NCBI GenBank assembly: GCA_002104905.1
Contig: MCFE01000501.1
Span: 1,914 to 65,913, forward strand
From: Basidiobolus meristosporus CBS 931.73
Taxonomy: Eukaryota > Fungi > Basidiobolomycota
DNA length: 64,000 bases
Direction: 5' to 3'
The translations under genes were made by a program, and so were the position numbers. The notes beneath the pieces were generated by a model. The model worked only from the letters and a program-made list of their open reading frames with translations, was not told the DNA's origin and ran no database searches. Shown in pieces: positions 34,192 to 47,843 of this stretch (positions are counted from its first letter, which is position 1; each line of letters opens with the position of its first letter).

Positions 34192-36527
34192 CTATTGGTC
34201 CTTGGGCAAGCCGCACATCTCACAACTGGAGAGATTAGATGGGTTCACAAATGTACAATGTCGACACGCCCAGGTGGCTTGTGTTGCCGAGGAGCCGCCG
34301 CCGCTACTGGAGCCGTGTCCCGTGTGACTACCCCCAAATCCGCCCAGCCCCTGGGAGTGGTCGGCTTCCCTCAGAATGGCGAGCAGTGTCTGCCATCCGG
34401 AGGAGGCTTCGAGCTTCCTCGCTGCGTCATCGGTATGGGTAGTGGCCGCTTCGCAAAGAAAGCCCATGTCCCCAGAGTCGAGGACGTTCATCTGCTGGAC
34501 AAACGCCATCAGGTGGAAATCGGAGATCCCGTGAACATTTTGGCTGGAGGGGAGGTATTTCTTGAGGGTGTAGATCTCCTGCACCTCGAGCCCCGACCGG
34601 TTCTCGATGGGAAAGTGGGTGGGGGAGGTGAAGAGAGGGTTCGGCTGGGATGGGAAACCGTGGGTAACATTCACCAGCAGATACTCCACAGGGAAACTGG
34701 GTTTGGCGTTGTGACTCACCGTGACACCGTATTCATTCTTATACTTGTAGAACACCTCGGGGATGTATCGGGTGGAGGTAGCCTCCTTCACTCGCATGAT
34801 CGATGGCTTGATAGATGCTTCGATGATATCCGCGTCCACCATGGCCACACATGAGTTGGAGACTTGGTATGAGGAGACATCGATGTCACCCGTTTCGTTT
34901 CCTGACACGACACAGGTGACAAACTTACTGCCAAACTGTCCGGAAGCGCACCATTTGGAGGGGCTGGGGTGGTTCGCCTGCATGGCAGCTGCGAACGTGA
35001 TTTCAAGGGAGGAGAGGAAGAAGGAGTCGATGTGCCTTTTGCAAACTACCTTTCCTTGACCTGTCCCGTCATCCATGAGATCCGTAAAGATCATTCCTAC
35101 CTTGAGGCTGGAGGTTAATGTCCATTCGGAAGGAGAAAAAACGAACTCTTTATATACCTTCACTAGGCCGCATCTGGAGGCCAACTCATCGATGGACTTC
35201 TCTTCACTCCATGGAAGCAAAAGTGTCAAGCCGTCCGGCTCGTTTGTCTGAGGTGGTTCATAAATGGCCTCAACCACGGCTTTGATACCTAGAGGCACTT
35301 CGTTGTAAGGCTCATAGCGACCATAAAGGTAACCGAACCTCTGACAACCGGTGGAACGCCAGTAATTTATGAAGTTATCAATCAAGCTGGCGGATGAAAA
35401 CTCCACATGATCAACCATTCGGAATGCCTGCCAGCAGGAGTGAAGCAGGGGAGGGGGGATTGAAATGGTTAAATACGGTCCATAAACCAGATTTGCTATT
35501 CACTCCGTTACCTGTCTTTGCAGTGTAATGGCACTGGGCTGGCATTTGGTGCAAATGCTCTCCGGCCACGGTGGGTGACCACCCTTGCAATTCCTGTTCA
35601 CCCGGTAATTAGGCTCTTCCAGTGGGGGTAGATACGACGATTTCGCGCCGCTCTTTTTGTTCTGTACGTTTAGCTGACGAAGATAGGCATGGAACGACAT
35701 ATGTTTAATCTTATTCTCATCCAAATACTTCGCATCGAATGGCTGGGGGTCATTCGGTTAGATCCGTTAGGGCGTATGGTCTGTGCGTACCGCATAATTG
35801 ACTTACCTCAAGTGGCATGCAATAGTCACACATTCCGTTGTAGGCGTGCTTACAGCTAGACAGAAAACCGCCAAGGTTAGCATTGGGTAGAGGCTTATGC
35901 TCTGCGATGAGGAAAAGATACCGACAAGTTAGGGTCCCTTCCTCTTTTTATAAGCCCGTCCTGTTTATCCAGATGGTCGTCGATCTCGTCTTGCTTGACC
36001 GTCTTGAAGGAGGCGGTGGCTTCCTTCACCTCGGGCTGTTGTTCGTCGGCGGGTTTGGAGATTTGTGCGTACAACATATCCCCATGTCTTTTTGAAATTG
36101 GATGCTTGGTGAGCGAGCAGTTTAGGGCGACTTGTGAGTTAGACATGGCGATATCTTACTTCAGGCCTAGCTGCTCGACGGTCGCACCACTTGTGGCAAG
36201 CGCGGTGGCACAGTCAGGTCGAACAGATAAAACGATACTGCTTGGGTCGCGCTTTAATATCTCGGCAAGCTACCGTGGCAATGATTGGATGTGAGTGACC
36301 GTCCAAAGGAAACCAGGTTCGTCTATGGGCTCCAACCGAGGGACATGACGTATCCATACAAGCGTGGATTCATACCTTTTGAATGGCGAACGATATGTCT
36401 TCAGAACCATCGACCTGCACTCTACTTGTCCCTTCGGACGACCGGATACGAAGAAGCTGTCATAAAAGAAAGGGGTTTAGGTTGGTCCAAGAGAAACATC
36501 CGCCGCGTCTATGATAAATAATACCAT
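34192..36527 (-). CDS. NPL4: Nuclear protein localization protein 4 (Cdc48/p97-Ufd1 cofactor), multi-exon
   Basis: M|LLRIRSSEG; [26 protein letters not shown]; [13 protein letters not shown]; FGSKFVTCV; C-terminal [13 protein letters not shown]...CEMC. Confidence 0.95.
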
Positions 36528-36841
36528 TGAATCGGTTTGCTTGGTCAGGGGAGGGCGTGGTACTGTGTTGGAAAGGAAAACCTTCGGGGACGTAGCTGGC
36601 ACTGTACGGTAAATAGAAAGGCTGGGCTCTGTTGACACTATTGAACAGTTGAACTGCGGTGGAATTTTTCATGTACTAGGAACGACGCAAGGCCAGGATG
36701 ACATCACCAGTTGCGTAAGATACTTTGATTAGCAACCCAGCCAATGTTGCATAAATCGACTACAGAGATCTCTGGTGTAACATATTGATCTATTTATTGT
36801 TTACTGGTTCGCGCTTCCAGACATCCAACTGTTGGCCACAT

Positions 36842-37960
36842 TCAAAACATCATTGGTGGAGCACACATATCTACAACCTGGTTGAAGGGAGTGACAAGAA
36901 GGGGGGCGCTCCACAAGAAGAACATATTGGATGCCAAGATGGCGAACCGCTCGGGAAGAACGTTCTTACCCAGGATTTTCTCCAAACCCAACTGTAACCC
37001 AAGTGCGGCACTATGGACCAGGACAAACAAGGGGTCCTCGACAGAAGGGGTGGAGTTCGACTTGGATATGGTCACGAGCTTGGGCACCACGAAGGCAAGC
37101 AGGGTGAGCACCCCGATGGAAAGGCAAGCACCCGACTTTCCCCTGGTGGCCGCACTTTTTCTGGGGAACACTTTGTTCATAGGGCCGAGAATACGCTTCT
37201 CCATATTCTCGCAAAAGCCTTTATTCCACCGTACCTTCCAAAGCTCCTTGGGCTTGTGGGGGAAGTTGGGGAGGTCAAATAAAGGGGAATACTGTTTGCC
37301 AGTTAGAAAGCAACATGGGTATAACAACACGAAGTGATAGATTGAGACGTAGAGACACAAGAGCGCGATATAGAGGTACTGCTGAAAGGCGATCTCTGGT
37401 TGCCGTAGCGACAATAGCGAGCGTAGAGTGAGGGAGGTCTGAGGTGGTTGATAGCGAAAATAAAGCTGAATCAGATTTGCCAATAAATACTGCACAAGAG
37501 TGATCGTTAAATACCATAAAAACCCTCTCTTGCCGTTTGGCCACCTCTTGAATATAGACTTCCTCGCCTCATCGGGAAACAAGAACACCCGACGATAATA
37601 CTCCGCGAGCCCTAGCTTCTTCTTGGAACTGGCTGGTTTGGTTCCCAGCTGGTACACCCGGTAGCCAACAAAGAGACTTCCCCCCTTCAATATCAAGCTG
37701 TCGATAAAGCCCTTGGGTGTAAAAGCAAAGCAGATCAGCCCTTGCAGCCCCAAGGCCGCCAGCGTGATCTCACGTAGCGTAAATTTGCCCTTTTTTTGAC
37801 AAAGTGCCCAGTACTGAAACACCGTCGGGAGTAGTGGCAGCAGTAAGGCACCACAGGATGGGAGGAGTGCGTTCTTTGCCCTTTGTGTTACCTTGCTGGC
37901 CAAGAGCTCCGATAGATAACGTATCCCAATCGTCCTGAGAACGTTCATAGTTTGAGGCAA
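36842..37960 (-). CDS. MBOAT_2 / wax-synthase-like multi-pass membrane acyltransferase
   Basis: Intronless 372-aa hydrophobic ORF containing PLFDLPNFPHKPKELWKVRWNKGF. Confidence 0.65.
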   Translation of the reverse strand: MPQTMNVLRTIGIRYLSELLASKVTQRAKNALLPSCGALLLPLLPTVFQYWALCQKKGKFTLREITLAALGLQGLICFAFTPKGFIDSLILKGGSLFVGYRVYQLGTKPASSKKKLGLAEYYRRVFLFPDEARKSIFKRWPNGKRGFLWYLTITLVQYLLANLIQLYFRYQPPQTSLTLRSLLSLRQPEIAFQQYLYIALLCLYVSIYHFVLLYPCCFLTGKQYSPLFDLPNFPHKPKELWKVRWNKGFCENMEKRILGPMNKVFPRKSAATRGKSGACLSIGVLTLLAFVVPKLVTISKSNSTPSVEDPLFVLVHSAALGLQLGLEKILGKNVLPERFAILASNMFFLWSAPLLVTPFNQVVDMCAPPMMF

Positions 37961-38167
37961 AGGGGGAAGTAGAGCGCGCTCACACGCAGATCAATATTTA
38001 CATAGACCTCAGCCTGACCAATCACGGGGGGTTTCTGGTCGACGGTACACAATGGATTGGCAATATGCAACCTCTACACTGCACCCAGGTGAACATCGAG
38101 TAGATTTCATGGTTTTATTCAAGCAAAGGCAAGACATCATGCTATAAATTGAATAACAAGTGGATAT

Positions 38168-38720
38168 TTAAACACGGGATGGGTACATCATGACACGGAC
38201 GCTAGCACCGAAGGAGTGAGGAGGCAAGTTGGAACGGAATTTGGCCTTGACAACACCGGAGTTACCGTGGGGGCGGGTAACGCGACCCCAGATGACACGG
38301 ACCTTGGAGCCGTTGATTTCGCGCTTGGCACGATAGACGTAGGCCACACGCTTACCAAGGTAGAACTGAGTGTCTTCCTTGGTGGCAACGTTCTCGAGTT
38401 GGATAAGAGAGGTGTTGGTTCTTTGGTTACGCTTGGCGCGCTTGAAGCCCAAGACACGGCCCTTGGAGTAAAGTCTGGTAGGTGGAGAAAAGAAAGGTTA
38501 GCATGCTGCCGTCGAGAAGAGGGTGGGAATGATCATGTCGCATAGGTATGGGATGGTCGTGGTGCCGCCAACCCAGCAAATCCGATGGATGGACTTGGCC
38601 GCTCTTTCGATGCTCCAACAAGCATGCGGCCGCTTGGCGCAGCGGCTTCGCGGTTTGGCCCGAATCGACATGTCCCGGCAAAGAAAAGCAAAAGAGTACT
38701 CACCGAACGGGTTGGCTCAT
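38168..38720 (-). CDS. RPL35A: 60S ribosomal protein eL33 (L35a; yeast Rpl33)
   Basis: MSQPVR|[17 protein letters not shown]...[17 protein letters not shown]...VMMYPSRV. Intron at 38703-38475. Confidence 0.95.
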
Positions 38721-38956
38721 GGTAAGTTCTACGTCTACGTGTGCAGAGAACGAAAGAAAGAGAATCCCAACCCGAGACTGCCAACTTGACTATATGCCTT
38801 GACCCAGGCCAGGCCGGTGATGAAAAAAACGGGTCGGATTTTTTTCAGGGATCCCCCGATTGGCTGATGGGCGGCATCAATGTGTGCACAACAATAGGTA
38901 ATTTAACTCGACAGGAATGGGTGCTATGTTACAATGGTTTTAATGCTTATGGAGAT

Positions 38957-40076
38957 TCAAAGCTTTTGGTAGAGTCGAACGAAGAAACGCATGTTGTTGA
39001 GGTCTAAGGGGTAGCTGAGGTGGTTGGGATATCTGTACCATCTTGCGTTATCGCTGATAACTGGGGCAAAGTGGTTCTTCAAAGCGTCGAACAGCATGTA
39101 TATCATGTACGTGCGCTCACCAACCTTCAGGTTAGAAAAGGAGCCAGCGGAATCGACGATCTGCGCTGTCGGTTAGTAATGGTCCTTCGGTGGAAAGTGG
39201 GATGAATCTTACCAGTAGATGGGATCCCTTGCGCATATTCTTGATTAGTAAACTGATCATATCCATGGCTCGCTTCTTGGTGACAAATAACTCATTCATG
39301 ACAAACATGGCGGTGATAAGGTCGGCCTTTTGAAACTGCTCCTCAAGCTGAGGTGTAGTCTCCAGCACACTTCCCATAGAGAATTCGCACCTGAGGTTGT
39401 TTTCTTCCAAGCCCCAACGTTTACGTATGGTCGTTTCCAAATCACCCAGCACCGCGCTCCAATCGGCGATATCTTGCGTGTGACAGGTGATCTCCTGTTG
39501 CTCGGAAGGTGCGTGCAGCATGGCAGCTGAAATCCCAACCAGCTCGCTTCCCGAGCCAGCCCCCATGCAATAGAGATGGGATTTCTTGCTCAGGATGTCT
39601 AGCAGCTCCGGCTCTTTACTGAATAAAGTGTAGTAGCAGAGAGCTCTAGCAGGTATGTACTGCGCGGAATACACCGGGAGGTGCTCAGGTGTGCCAAACA
39701 CCCCATCGTAGTCTCTATTGTAAAACAGGGACTTGATGTTCTGCAAGATCTCCCGGAATTCGGGCAGTTGAAAACTATCGTTGCATGCGATTTGGATGGC
39801 ATTCAGAATCTCTGTGGGCAGGGCAATAACAAGTTAGTGGCAAGGCCTAGAAAAGCTTTACCGATATCTTGGAATACCTTGTTCTGGATCTCTCCCCAGA
39901 AGTTTCTTGGCTCTTGTAGGGCTAGGTTTCTTTTTGCTGGGGTTTTTTTTCTCCGAGATCTTCCCCTTTCCCGAGGCCACCTTCTCCTTCGATATAGACA
40001 GGGCCTCCATCTTATCCTTCAGCTCAGGTGCTGTGTCTGTCTCTGCTTGGTTGGTATCCTTTGCTGTGGCACTCAT
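38957..40076 (-). CDS. BMT6: 25S rRNA (uridine-N3)-methyltransferase, Bmt6/DUF3115-like, with introns
   Basis: LFYNRDY...PARALCY, GAGSGSELV, DLITAMFVMNELF and LL|IVDSAGSFS. Confidence 0.7.
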
Positions 40077-40364
40077 TGTTCAGAGTTGCGGCAGCCCGAT
40101 TCTGTTGAGTGCAATGGCCAAGAAGAAAGCCCACAAATGATCGCAGCTACCATGTTAATTTCGCTCGACTTTTGGGACGGTCCAGAAAAATTCACCCACT
40201 GGTCCAACGAAAACCAATTTATTTTGCTCATTTGTTGAGATTTCGATTTGATTTGGAATTGATCTTAAATAAATTAGCCCATTCAATCAAGAAACTGGGA
40301 AAATAAAATGTAGTGTAGGGAATGTACAGCGAATGGTGATAGCGTCCAATGCCAATGACACTGC

Positions 40365-43300
40365 TTATGCACCCGTGCTCTTGTATAATGATTCTGCGGT
40401 AAGCGAGGTCTCACCTTGGGTTGAGGTGGACGTGATTAGACGGAATAAATAGTGCTCATGGTTGCGTAAAGATTCCATCCTAAAATAGACGCTATCTTTG
40501 TGTGTGCCAGGGTTGAGGTATTGAAGGTTACATCCGTTGATGACTTGAATCAACTCTCCGGACTCGGCATGGCGAATTTCCATGAAAAAGTTGCCGAACG
40601 CAATGATATATTGTCCGTGCAGCGCTGTGGAACGAGAATCTCATTAACCTTGGCCCGTGATACTTCGCGCACCAATATACATACCAACGCTATTTGGCCG
40701 CCCTTCCCATTCGATCAGCAGATTGGGCCGCGTGCGGCGTCCAAGTTTATCCAAATGGAATGCAAATTCTACTCTTGTTAGTGGGTGTTCCATAAAGGAC
40801 ACTTGGGAGGAATTCGTCTCACCATTGTAACATAAAAGAAATTCTTCGGTGTCGAGTGGGAACATCGCCAGTGGCCTACACTCCTCGCGCCGATTGATGA
40901 ATCCGAACTGGGCCTCGTCGCTCAGATCGGGAATACCTGTTGTTTGGGAAGTCAGTGATTGAACGCAGCCACGAAGGGTGAGAAACCTTACTCTTGTTTA
41001 GGTGAAGTGCTTCCAGGTTGATGATTTCGAACCCTTTGGGACACACCACGTATAGTTTCTTGGTCAGAAATTGGACCGAGTAAGATTCAGCCCCGATGTA
41101 GAATTCTTTGAATAGTCTGAGAGCGAATCCATTGCGTTGACACAATAGCTTCCCTTTAATCTTGGGGTTCTCTCGCAGCGACACTGGCTCGAGCACCTTA
41201 AAGAAGGATTTCAGCCCTTTCAGCTTCATGAGTACGACCAATAGTTGTCCATCACAGCGACCAGTACCGAAGTAGCTCACTTGTGAAGCCAGCTTCTGGC
41301 CTTGACGATTCGCACACGACTCAGGATTGTCAAGCACGTCTATCGAATAGGTCAGCAGTAGCTTGTCTGTAAGCGGTAGGGGTTAGCAACCGTATCCAGA
41401 AGTAGGGAGTCTGCTGGCAAGTAAACAAACCTTGGAGAACAATCACCATGCCGATTTCTTGTAGGGTTTCAACCTGTTGGATTCGCGGATGGTCAAGGAC
41501 TTTCCTGAAGCTAGCGGGGTCTCCCTCGAATCCAGAGAAGAGGCCATCCTTGGTTCCAACGGCAATCTTTCGTCTGCCATCATGGGTAACTGTGGATGGT
41601 TCGGTTAGAGCATTGATCTCCTCGGAGGCCAGAGTAGTTCTACTTACAATACGCGCAAGTGCACGATGCGGTCTTCTCCGGGACGAATCCATGGTCTGAA
41701 ACGCGAGCAATCTCGAAGATTCGAGGCTGCTTGTACATGCGCTTGGCTTTTTGCTCCTGGATCTTATCCATCCACTGCTTGCGCTCCGCAAACGTGCTGG
41801 CTATCAAGGTGAAGGACCCTCCGCATTTGCTCAAATTCGTGATGGTAAAGCTGTGCGAGTTCTTGGTGGACTCCTCGCCTGTGGCAATGGAGCTGTCCGA
41901 GTGCGCTTGGAGGGTCAGGAGCTCGAGCGGAATAGGCTGGTGTTGGGGTTGGTGATTGGCTCTAGTGGATAGATTGCTGATGGCCTTACCTTGGCGTAGG
42001 CCCGATACGTGATGTTGTTATTGGTGAACGCTTTTTTGTCTTTCGCCAGAAATAGCACGTGATCAAACAGAATCAACCTCAGGCTCTGCCCGATGGAGCG
42101 CTTAAGCAGGCCTTCTCGTATGAGCTGACGGTCCTCGTCATCCAGCCTCAGGTCCTATTATGAGGGTTAGTAGCCGATGAGAGGGACCGAAAGATGGCTC
42201 GTCGCATACCATGCAATCATCAGTCTTGAATTCGATTTTGTCTCTGATCTCCTGTAGCTTAAGCCTGTTTTCCTCACGTCCTGTTTCTTCATTGAGTCGT
42301 GTTAAGAATGCCTTAATGGAGTTGATGGCGTTGGATAGTATTTCCCGATCTACATTGTCTTCTGGAGTGTACTTCAGCACTCGATCCAAGAGAAGGGGGT
42401 ACCGAGCAATTCTCGAATTGGGTCTCGACAGGAAGCTCTCTAACGGCAGCTTGCGGGCTTCTGGCTTCTTCTGACATTCCTATAATGGACACCCATGTCA
42501 ATACCTGGCTAATCAATCTATGGCTGGCAATGGGCCTGACCTCCAGGAAGCCATCTAGGGCGGATGAGTGCGCTCGCTCATTCTTCAGGACACGACCGGA
42601 GTTCACGGAGCCGGTGCTGAAAAGAACATAAGGCTCAAACCTTTCGATAAACTGCAGTATCACATCCCCGATGATTTCGATAATTGCATTCATCGACTGA
42701 CGCTCCTTCAGGATGGCTATGGTTTCCTCATGAATTTGCTGTAGCTCACGGTAGTTCACGAACACGTCTTGAACGAAATTCTCGGTTTTGTCGCAGTTGA
42801 AAACCCGTGCGGCGTGCAGGGGCTCAATGAAGAGCTAGAAAATGCCGCAGAAGAAGGGAGATATTAGCGCTTAGGCGATCGCAATGCATCTGTGAGTCGG
42901 CCCACCCACCGTATCATACAACTTCAGGTCACGAAGGTACTCCTCCTCGGTGTATATGATCTCGAAAATGGCGATTTGTCGGTTCCTCTCTTTATCGCTC
43001 AGGGTTTCAATAATCTCTTCAGGCACAGAGGTCAGCCACAGGCTCTCGTACTAGGAATGAATTGAATATGCATGCTCTTTAAGTGTATTCGATGCGGAAT
43101 TACCTCGTTGGTGGATTGTCGAATCAACTCAGTAGGCTTTCTCGAAACGCTGGTTGAGGTGTAGAGCGGGGTATCGGAGGGCTGGAGTAGGATGGATCGT
43201 ATGTTAACGATAGGCTTCACTGAAGTGTTTTAAGGAACTCATACTTGGTCATTTGCAGCCTGCTCGACCAGTGATGTGGTATCCTGCTCTTGGTTTTCTG

Positions 43301-44365
43301 TTGGGACTGGTTGCTCTGCAGCAAGTTGGCTAGAATCGCTCGTTTCTAGTGAATCGACCTTGGGCTCATCTTCGGCTTCGGGGATGCAGAGTCGGTAGAA
43401 CTCTTGGTCATTATCCATCAAAATCCGGTTGTTGGAGCTGACGTGCTGGAAGACTTCGTTTTCTTGAAGTAATCGACCGACTTTCAATGCGGTTTCTCTT
43501 CGAGCCACCTCAAGAACATCGCAGATGGCGCTCTAGTGCAAGCTATGGTTAGAGCGGGTGCTGGGGCTTGTCTGCTGAGCACTAGACGTACCACTATCTC
43601 ATGGCCGCTGAAGCAATTGAAGTACTCATTGTTTTGGCCGATGCCGCGTTTGCTTTGAAGGGTTCTCAGCAAGCCCTCATGCGCTATGGGTAGGAGGGCT
43701 GGGTCGTATGGGTTGATGTCCGCCTGTGATACCTGATAGTCTGGGAGAACAGTGAAAAACCGCGCTGGAATCAAAATATCTAGGAAAGTACCTCTTGGAT
43801 CCGGGATTGTCATGAAATCGGAATGCTCATAGCCAGCTGGATAATACGGACTCATCTCGAAAGCAAAGTGTGGGTGGTTGCTGGATATGTAATCCAGCGG
43901 ATCAGGCATCCGTAAAGGATAGCCAGAGTGAGGCTCCGAGCTTTCTTGGAAATGGCCCTGGGGGAACTCGGCGTGGTGGCCATAATATATGGGGGTCTCT
44001 CTTGCGGGATATGACGGCTGAGGGAAATATGGGCTGCTGTTCTGATGTGGGTGATATCCGTAGGTGTCATTCTGTTGATTCCAGTAGTTGTATCCATCCT
44101 GGTGAGTTGCGTGCTGGAAGCTGGGCTGAAATGGCGGAGGTGGTGCCCCATAATATTCGTGCTGTGGGGTCAGCACTGGCTCGTACGGTTGGTAAGGAAA
44201 ACCCTGGTGAGGGGTAACCATGGTAGAGCCCGCGTAGTAATGACTATTTCTCGGCTGGCTCCTTCCCATCTCTTTCTCTCGTATCGTCCAGTATTGGGCG
44301 GAAGCTGATAAGTCATCGATCAGCTCGCTGGACTCGGGTGGTTTTGGGATTGAGGTATACGGCAT
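40365..44365 (-). CDS. Rom1/Rom2-like Rho GEF (DEP-DH-PH-CNH), multi-exon
   Basis: DEP CFSGHEIV; DH ...QIAIFEIIYTEEEY, VFVNYRELQ and TRIARYPLLLDRVLKYT; CNH VCPKGFEII, FLLCY and IEIRH. Confidence 0.85.
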
Positions 44366-45084
44366 CCAATGACTTCAGTAAACACCAGTCTCGAGGCGTA
44401 AAGTAGTTGAAGGGCAAGGGCGATAGTCAAACGGTGGCTTCTCAAGAAAGGAGGTCAAGTTACCAAACTCTATGCTGCACTACCGAGTGATGATGGGCAA
44501 GGATTTATGTTTGATAAGATGCACTATGGATAACAATAAGTTAAACCAGCGACTCTGATTTGATACCTGACTCTCATTAAATGTACAAGGCTTCAATAGA
44601 GATTTGGTTGGTTTTGAAATGTGTTACAAACTTCCAAATCACGGCTAATTGCGATCAGTAGGAGCAGTATTTAAAGAAGCAAAGCAATTGACAGAGTTAT
44701 TAGAGTCTCAAGAATGTAGATTTTATCACATTGCATGGATGAGTCTCATGCCTCCGAATCACCATTGGAGGCAAACCGGTATCGGAATGAGCGATCCTAC
44801 ACTTGCGTTGGAATTGGATGGTTCAATGATATCTATGCATTCATAACTCGATCAGTCGGGCTGAATACCTTGATCAACAATGAATGTGCTGGGCTGATTT
44901 GCTCAATGCATCCTCTTAGGCCTCAGTCTCATTGGCACCATGGTTGGAAGGGGATACAGGAGGAGCACAGAGGGAGCACGAGGGCGGGCGTAGCGATCTG
45001 TGGAGTCACATGTTCTCGTTTATTCGTATGTTAAAAGTACAAATGGATGAGAGAATAAGCAGATAATTGTGAATTAGAACATGT

Positions 45085-47843
45085 CTAATCACTGTCGTCG
45101 TCGGAGGTTTCTGTGTGAGTTTCGGTGGTATCCTGCTGCCACTTGAACACCTGATTGTCTTCGATGTATTCCACAGCCTCGCGGATCTCCCCAGCTGCTG
45201 CATCGCCCTCACTGCCGCTGTGAGATCCATCCGCAGCCAAGGCCTCATACTGATTTGGATCTACACCGGGGGAGCGAAACTTTTCCACCTTGATCCGGTC
45301 TCTGGTTTGCTCAATGATCCTCTCGATACGCATGCGGTTCTCAATCATATGGAGTTTTGGCCAGGTATTGCGTTGGCCTTGACTGATGTAATTGACCATT
45401 CTTTGGTGATCAGGATCGCGAAGAATATAGAGGTAATCCATAAATGTGGATTTGGGCTGGATGTTGCAAGGTGTTAGCTAGATCCAATGGCTCATGATTG
45501 ATCTGGCACCACTAACCAGAATAGTCACATTGCCCTCAAACTTTTGCAACCAGATGAACGACCAATCTTGGTTCATGACGTTGGGCATCAATTCCAAGTC
45601 TCGTAACACGCGCAGCCATTTCTTGAGGTCAAGCTTGATGTACTGCTCCAACGTGGATGCAACAAATCCGCCACGCCTGCACAATGTGGGGTTAGTATCT
45701 TTGGTCACGCGGGCTTTACGACGCTCGATACAAACCATCCTTTCCCTGAGCGGTGAGAGGTAGGCCTGCCTACGCTGCCTTTGTTGTTGTAGAAAAACAA
45801 TGTGATGTGTGGATTGACCTGGCTAACAACGGCATAACGGACATTAAACTATATATGGTTAGCGACTTTATGAGATCAATAGAACAAACTGAAGCTTACG
45901 AAGTGATGCAACGAATCCAATGGGATATCCTGGATAGAAGACTTGAGTGTGTGCTGACTTGCAACGATCCTATTCAAACATACCGTGCGGAGACTCCCGT
46001 CGCGCCATCTGTGGCCGCTATTCATAAAAGGCTCAATCTTTCCCTCCTTTGTCTTTCTTAGCAAAACAACTGGCTTCAGAATTCCCGGAATTGCTGAGCT
46101 GGCAATGACTGGGCAAGTGAAAACATGTTTAGTTAACAATCCATCTCCAATACACCACAATGCATGAGTTGCTCACCTGCAGTCCATATCACGCAGTCAG
46201 GAGCGGTGATATAGTTGAGAAGTTTAGGCGGCGCCTGTGTCCCCATCGGAACCACAGTAATGTTAAGAATACGCCCAGTTCGTTTATATGCTTCCAAAAA
46301 AGTCATGCACCCTTTAGTGATCCATTGAACCTTATGTGCCCAGTCTCCGGCGTCAAAGCTAAATGCAAAGCTTAATCAACGGCATCTAGGGATTTCCACG
46401 GGCGCTTGCTTACCATGACCCAGTAAGAAGGAAATTCAATGCCATTTTCTGTCGCGGGGGAGGGTAAGTCAGTGGCCTGAAGACTGAGACTTTGTGCTAA
46501 TCTACTTAATTACCGAATAACCCCCAGCGCAGGCATTGAGAAGCTCACATATCTCTGGCCTGATTATATCAACAAGCTCCTCATTTGTTCGGCAGCCAAC
46601 CATCGCAGCTATGGCAATCGTTAGCAACTATGCGCTCACGGCGGTCAACTGCATAAGCATACCAATCAACGAGCCAGCACTGGTCCCGGTAATCACGCGC
46701 GGTAGTAAGTCGTTTTCCGCAAGAGCCTTGATAACACCTGTGATGGGCGATCAGTGGCTGTTGCATAAGCTCAGCAGAAGATGTGAGCCCTACCAAAATG
46801 ATAGTAGCCAAAGGAGGCACCTCCACTAAGACATAAAGCAGTTCTTCCATAATTTTTGCTGGCTATTTTGAAGAAATGGCGTTTCTCATCCAAGGGGATA
46901 CTTTCATTCTCCGCAATAAAGGCGAGAGATTGGGCCACTAAGCGGCAGATTTAGATTTCATTGATGCCAGAAAGCAGTATCCCCTCCAGAAAATCACTTA
47001 CCTTCGTCAAGGAAGTCCTCAACCACCTAGAAGTGCGCAGAAGTTAAAACGAGTTGAGTTCCTCAATCCTCAACTCCATACTATATGACAGCTAACCTTC
47101 TTTGTCCCGTAGTAAGTATTCGAGTAAAGGCGAACATTTTCGCACCCTCCAACATTACTTTTGACCGCTCCTTGCAGCAAGAGTTCGCGAAGTTGCTGTT
47201 CATCCCCCTTTTCTCTTAACTTCTTAAGCCGAATTGAAAGCTTGGTGATGAGCTTGTAATCATAATAGTGGTACGGGGTCTGCTCCTTCCAATCGTCTTT
47301 TTTCAGATATGTATCCAAAGCCTTTGCTGCCTCCTTCCATTCCTCAAATGTCTTTGCATTGCGAAGACACTCGCGAAGTTTTCTTTTTTCTCCACGCCTG
47401 TGGTAAATATAAAGGTTGAGATGGATTCGAAGGCTCAGGATGGTAAAAGCTCTAGGTACCAAGAGTAAAAATATTCCCACGTGTTGACGATCTGTCGAAG
47501 AAGGAAATAGAGAAACAGCTCAAAGAAAATGATACTAAACACGAATATCTGTTGGAAAAGCCTAGTTAATGGGTGTGCCAAGCAGTAGCAACAAAAGATG
47601 CAGTACCAATAAAGGAAAGCGAAGAAGTGAATAGCTAAAACCCTCGTGTTTGTGTGGCACAGCGTTTGCTGCTTTTGAATTGGCTACGGTAGGGGCAGCG
47701 TATAGATCTTTGTCAGATATATAACCTTCAGCCTCATCGTGTAGTGCTTGGGTAAATTTTTCTATTTGCTCTTCGTTTGGATATTCAATTTCACTGCACC
47801 CTTTTTTCTGTGCCCAACTTAAACCACCCTGGGTAAAGTCCAT
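45085..47843 (-). CDS. Patatin-like triacylglycerol lipase (Tgl3/4/5 family), multi-exon
   Basis: DUF3336-type AKTFEEWKEAAKALD; LSGGASFGY; GVIKAL...ITGTSAGS (GxSxG); C-terminal TWPKLHMIENRMRIE. Confidence 0.85.
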
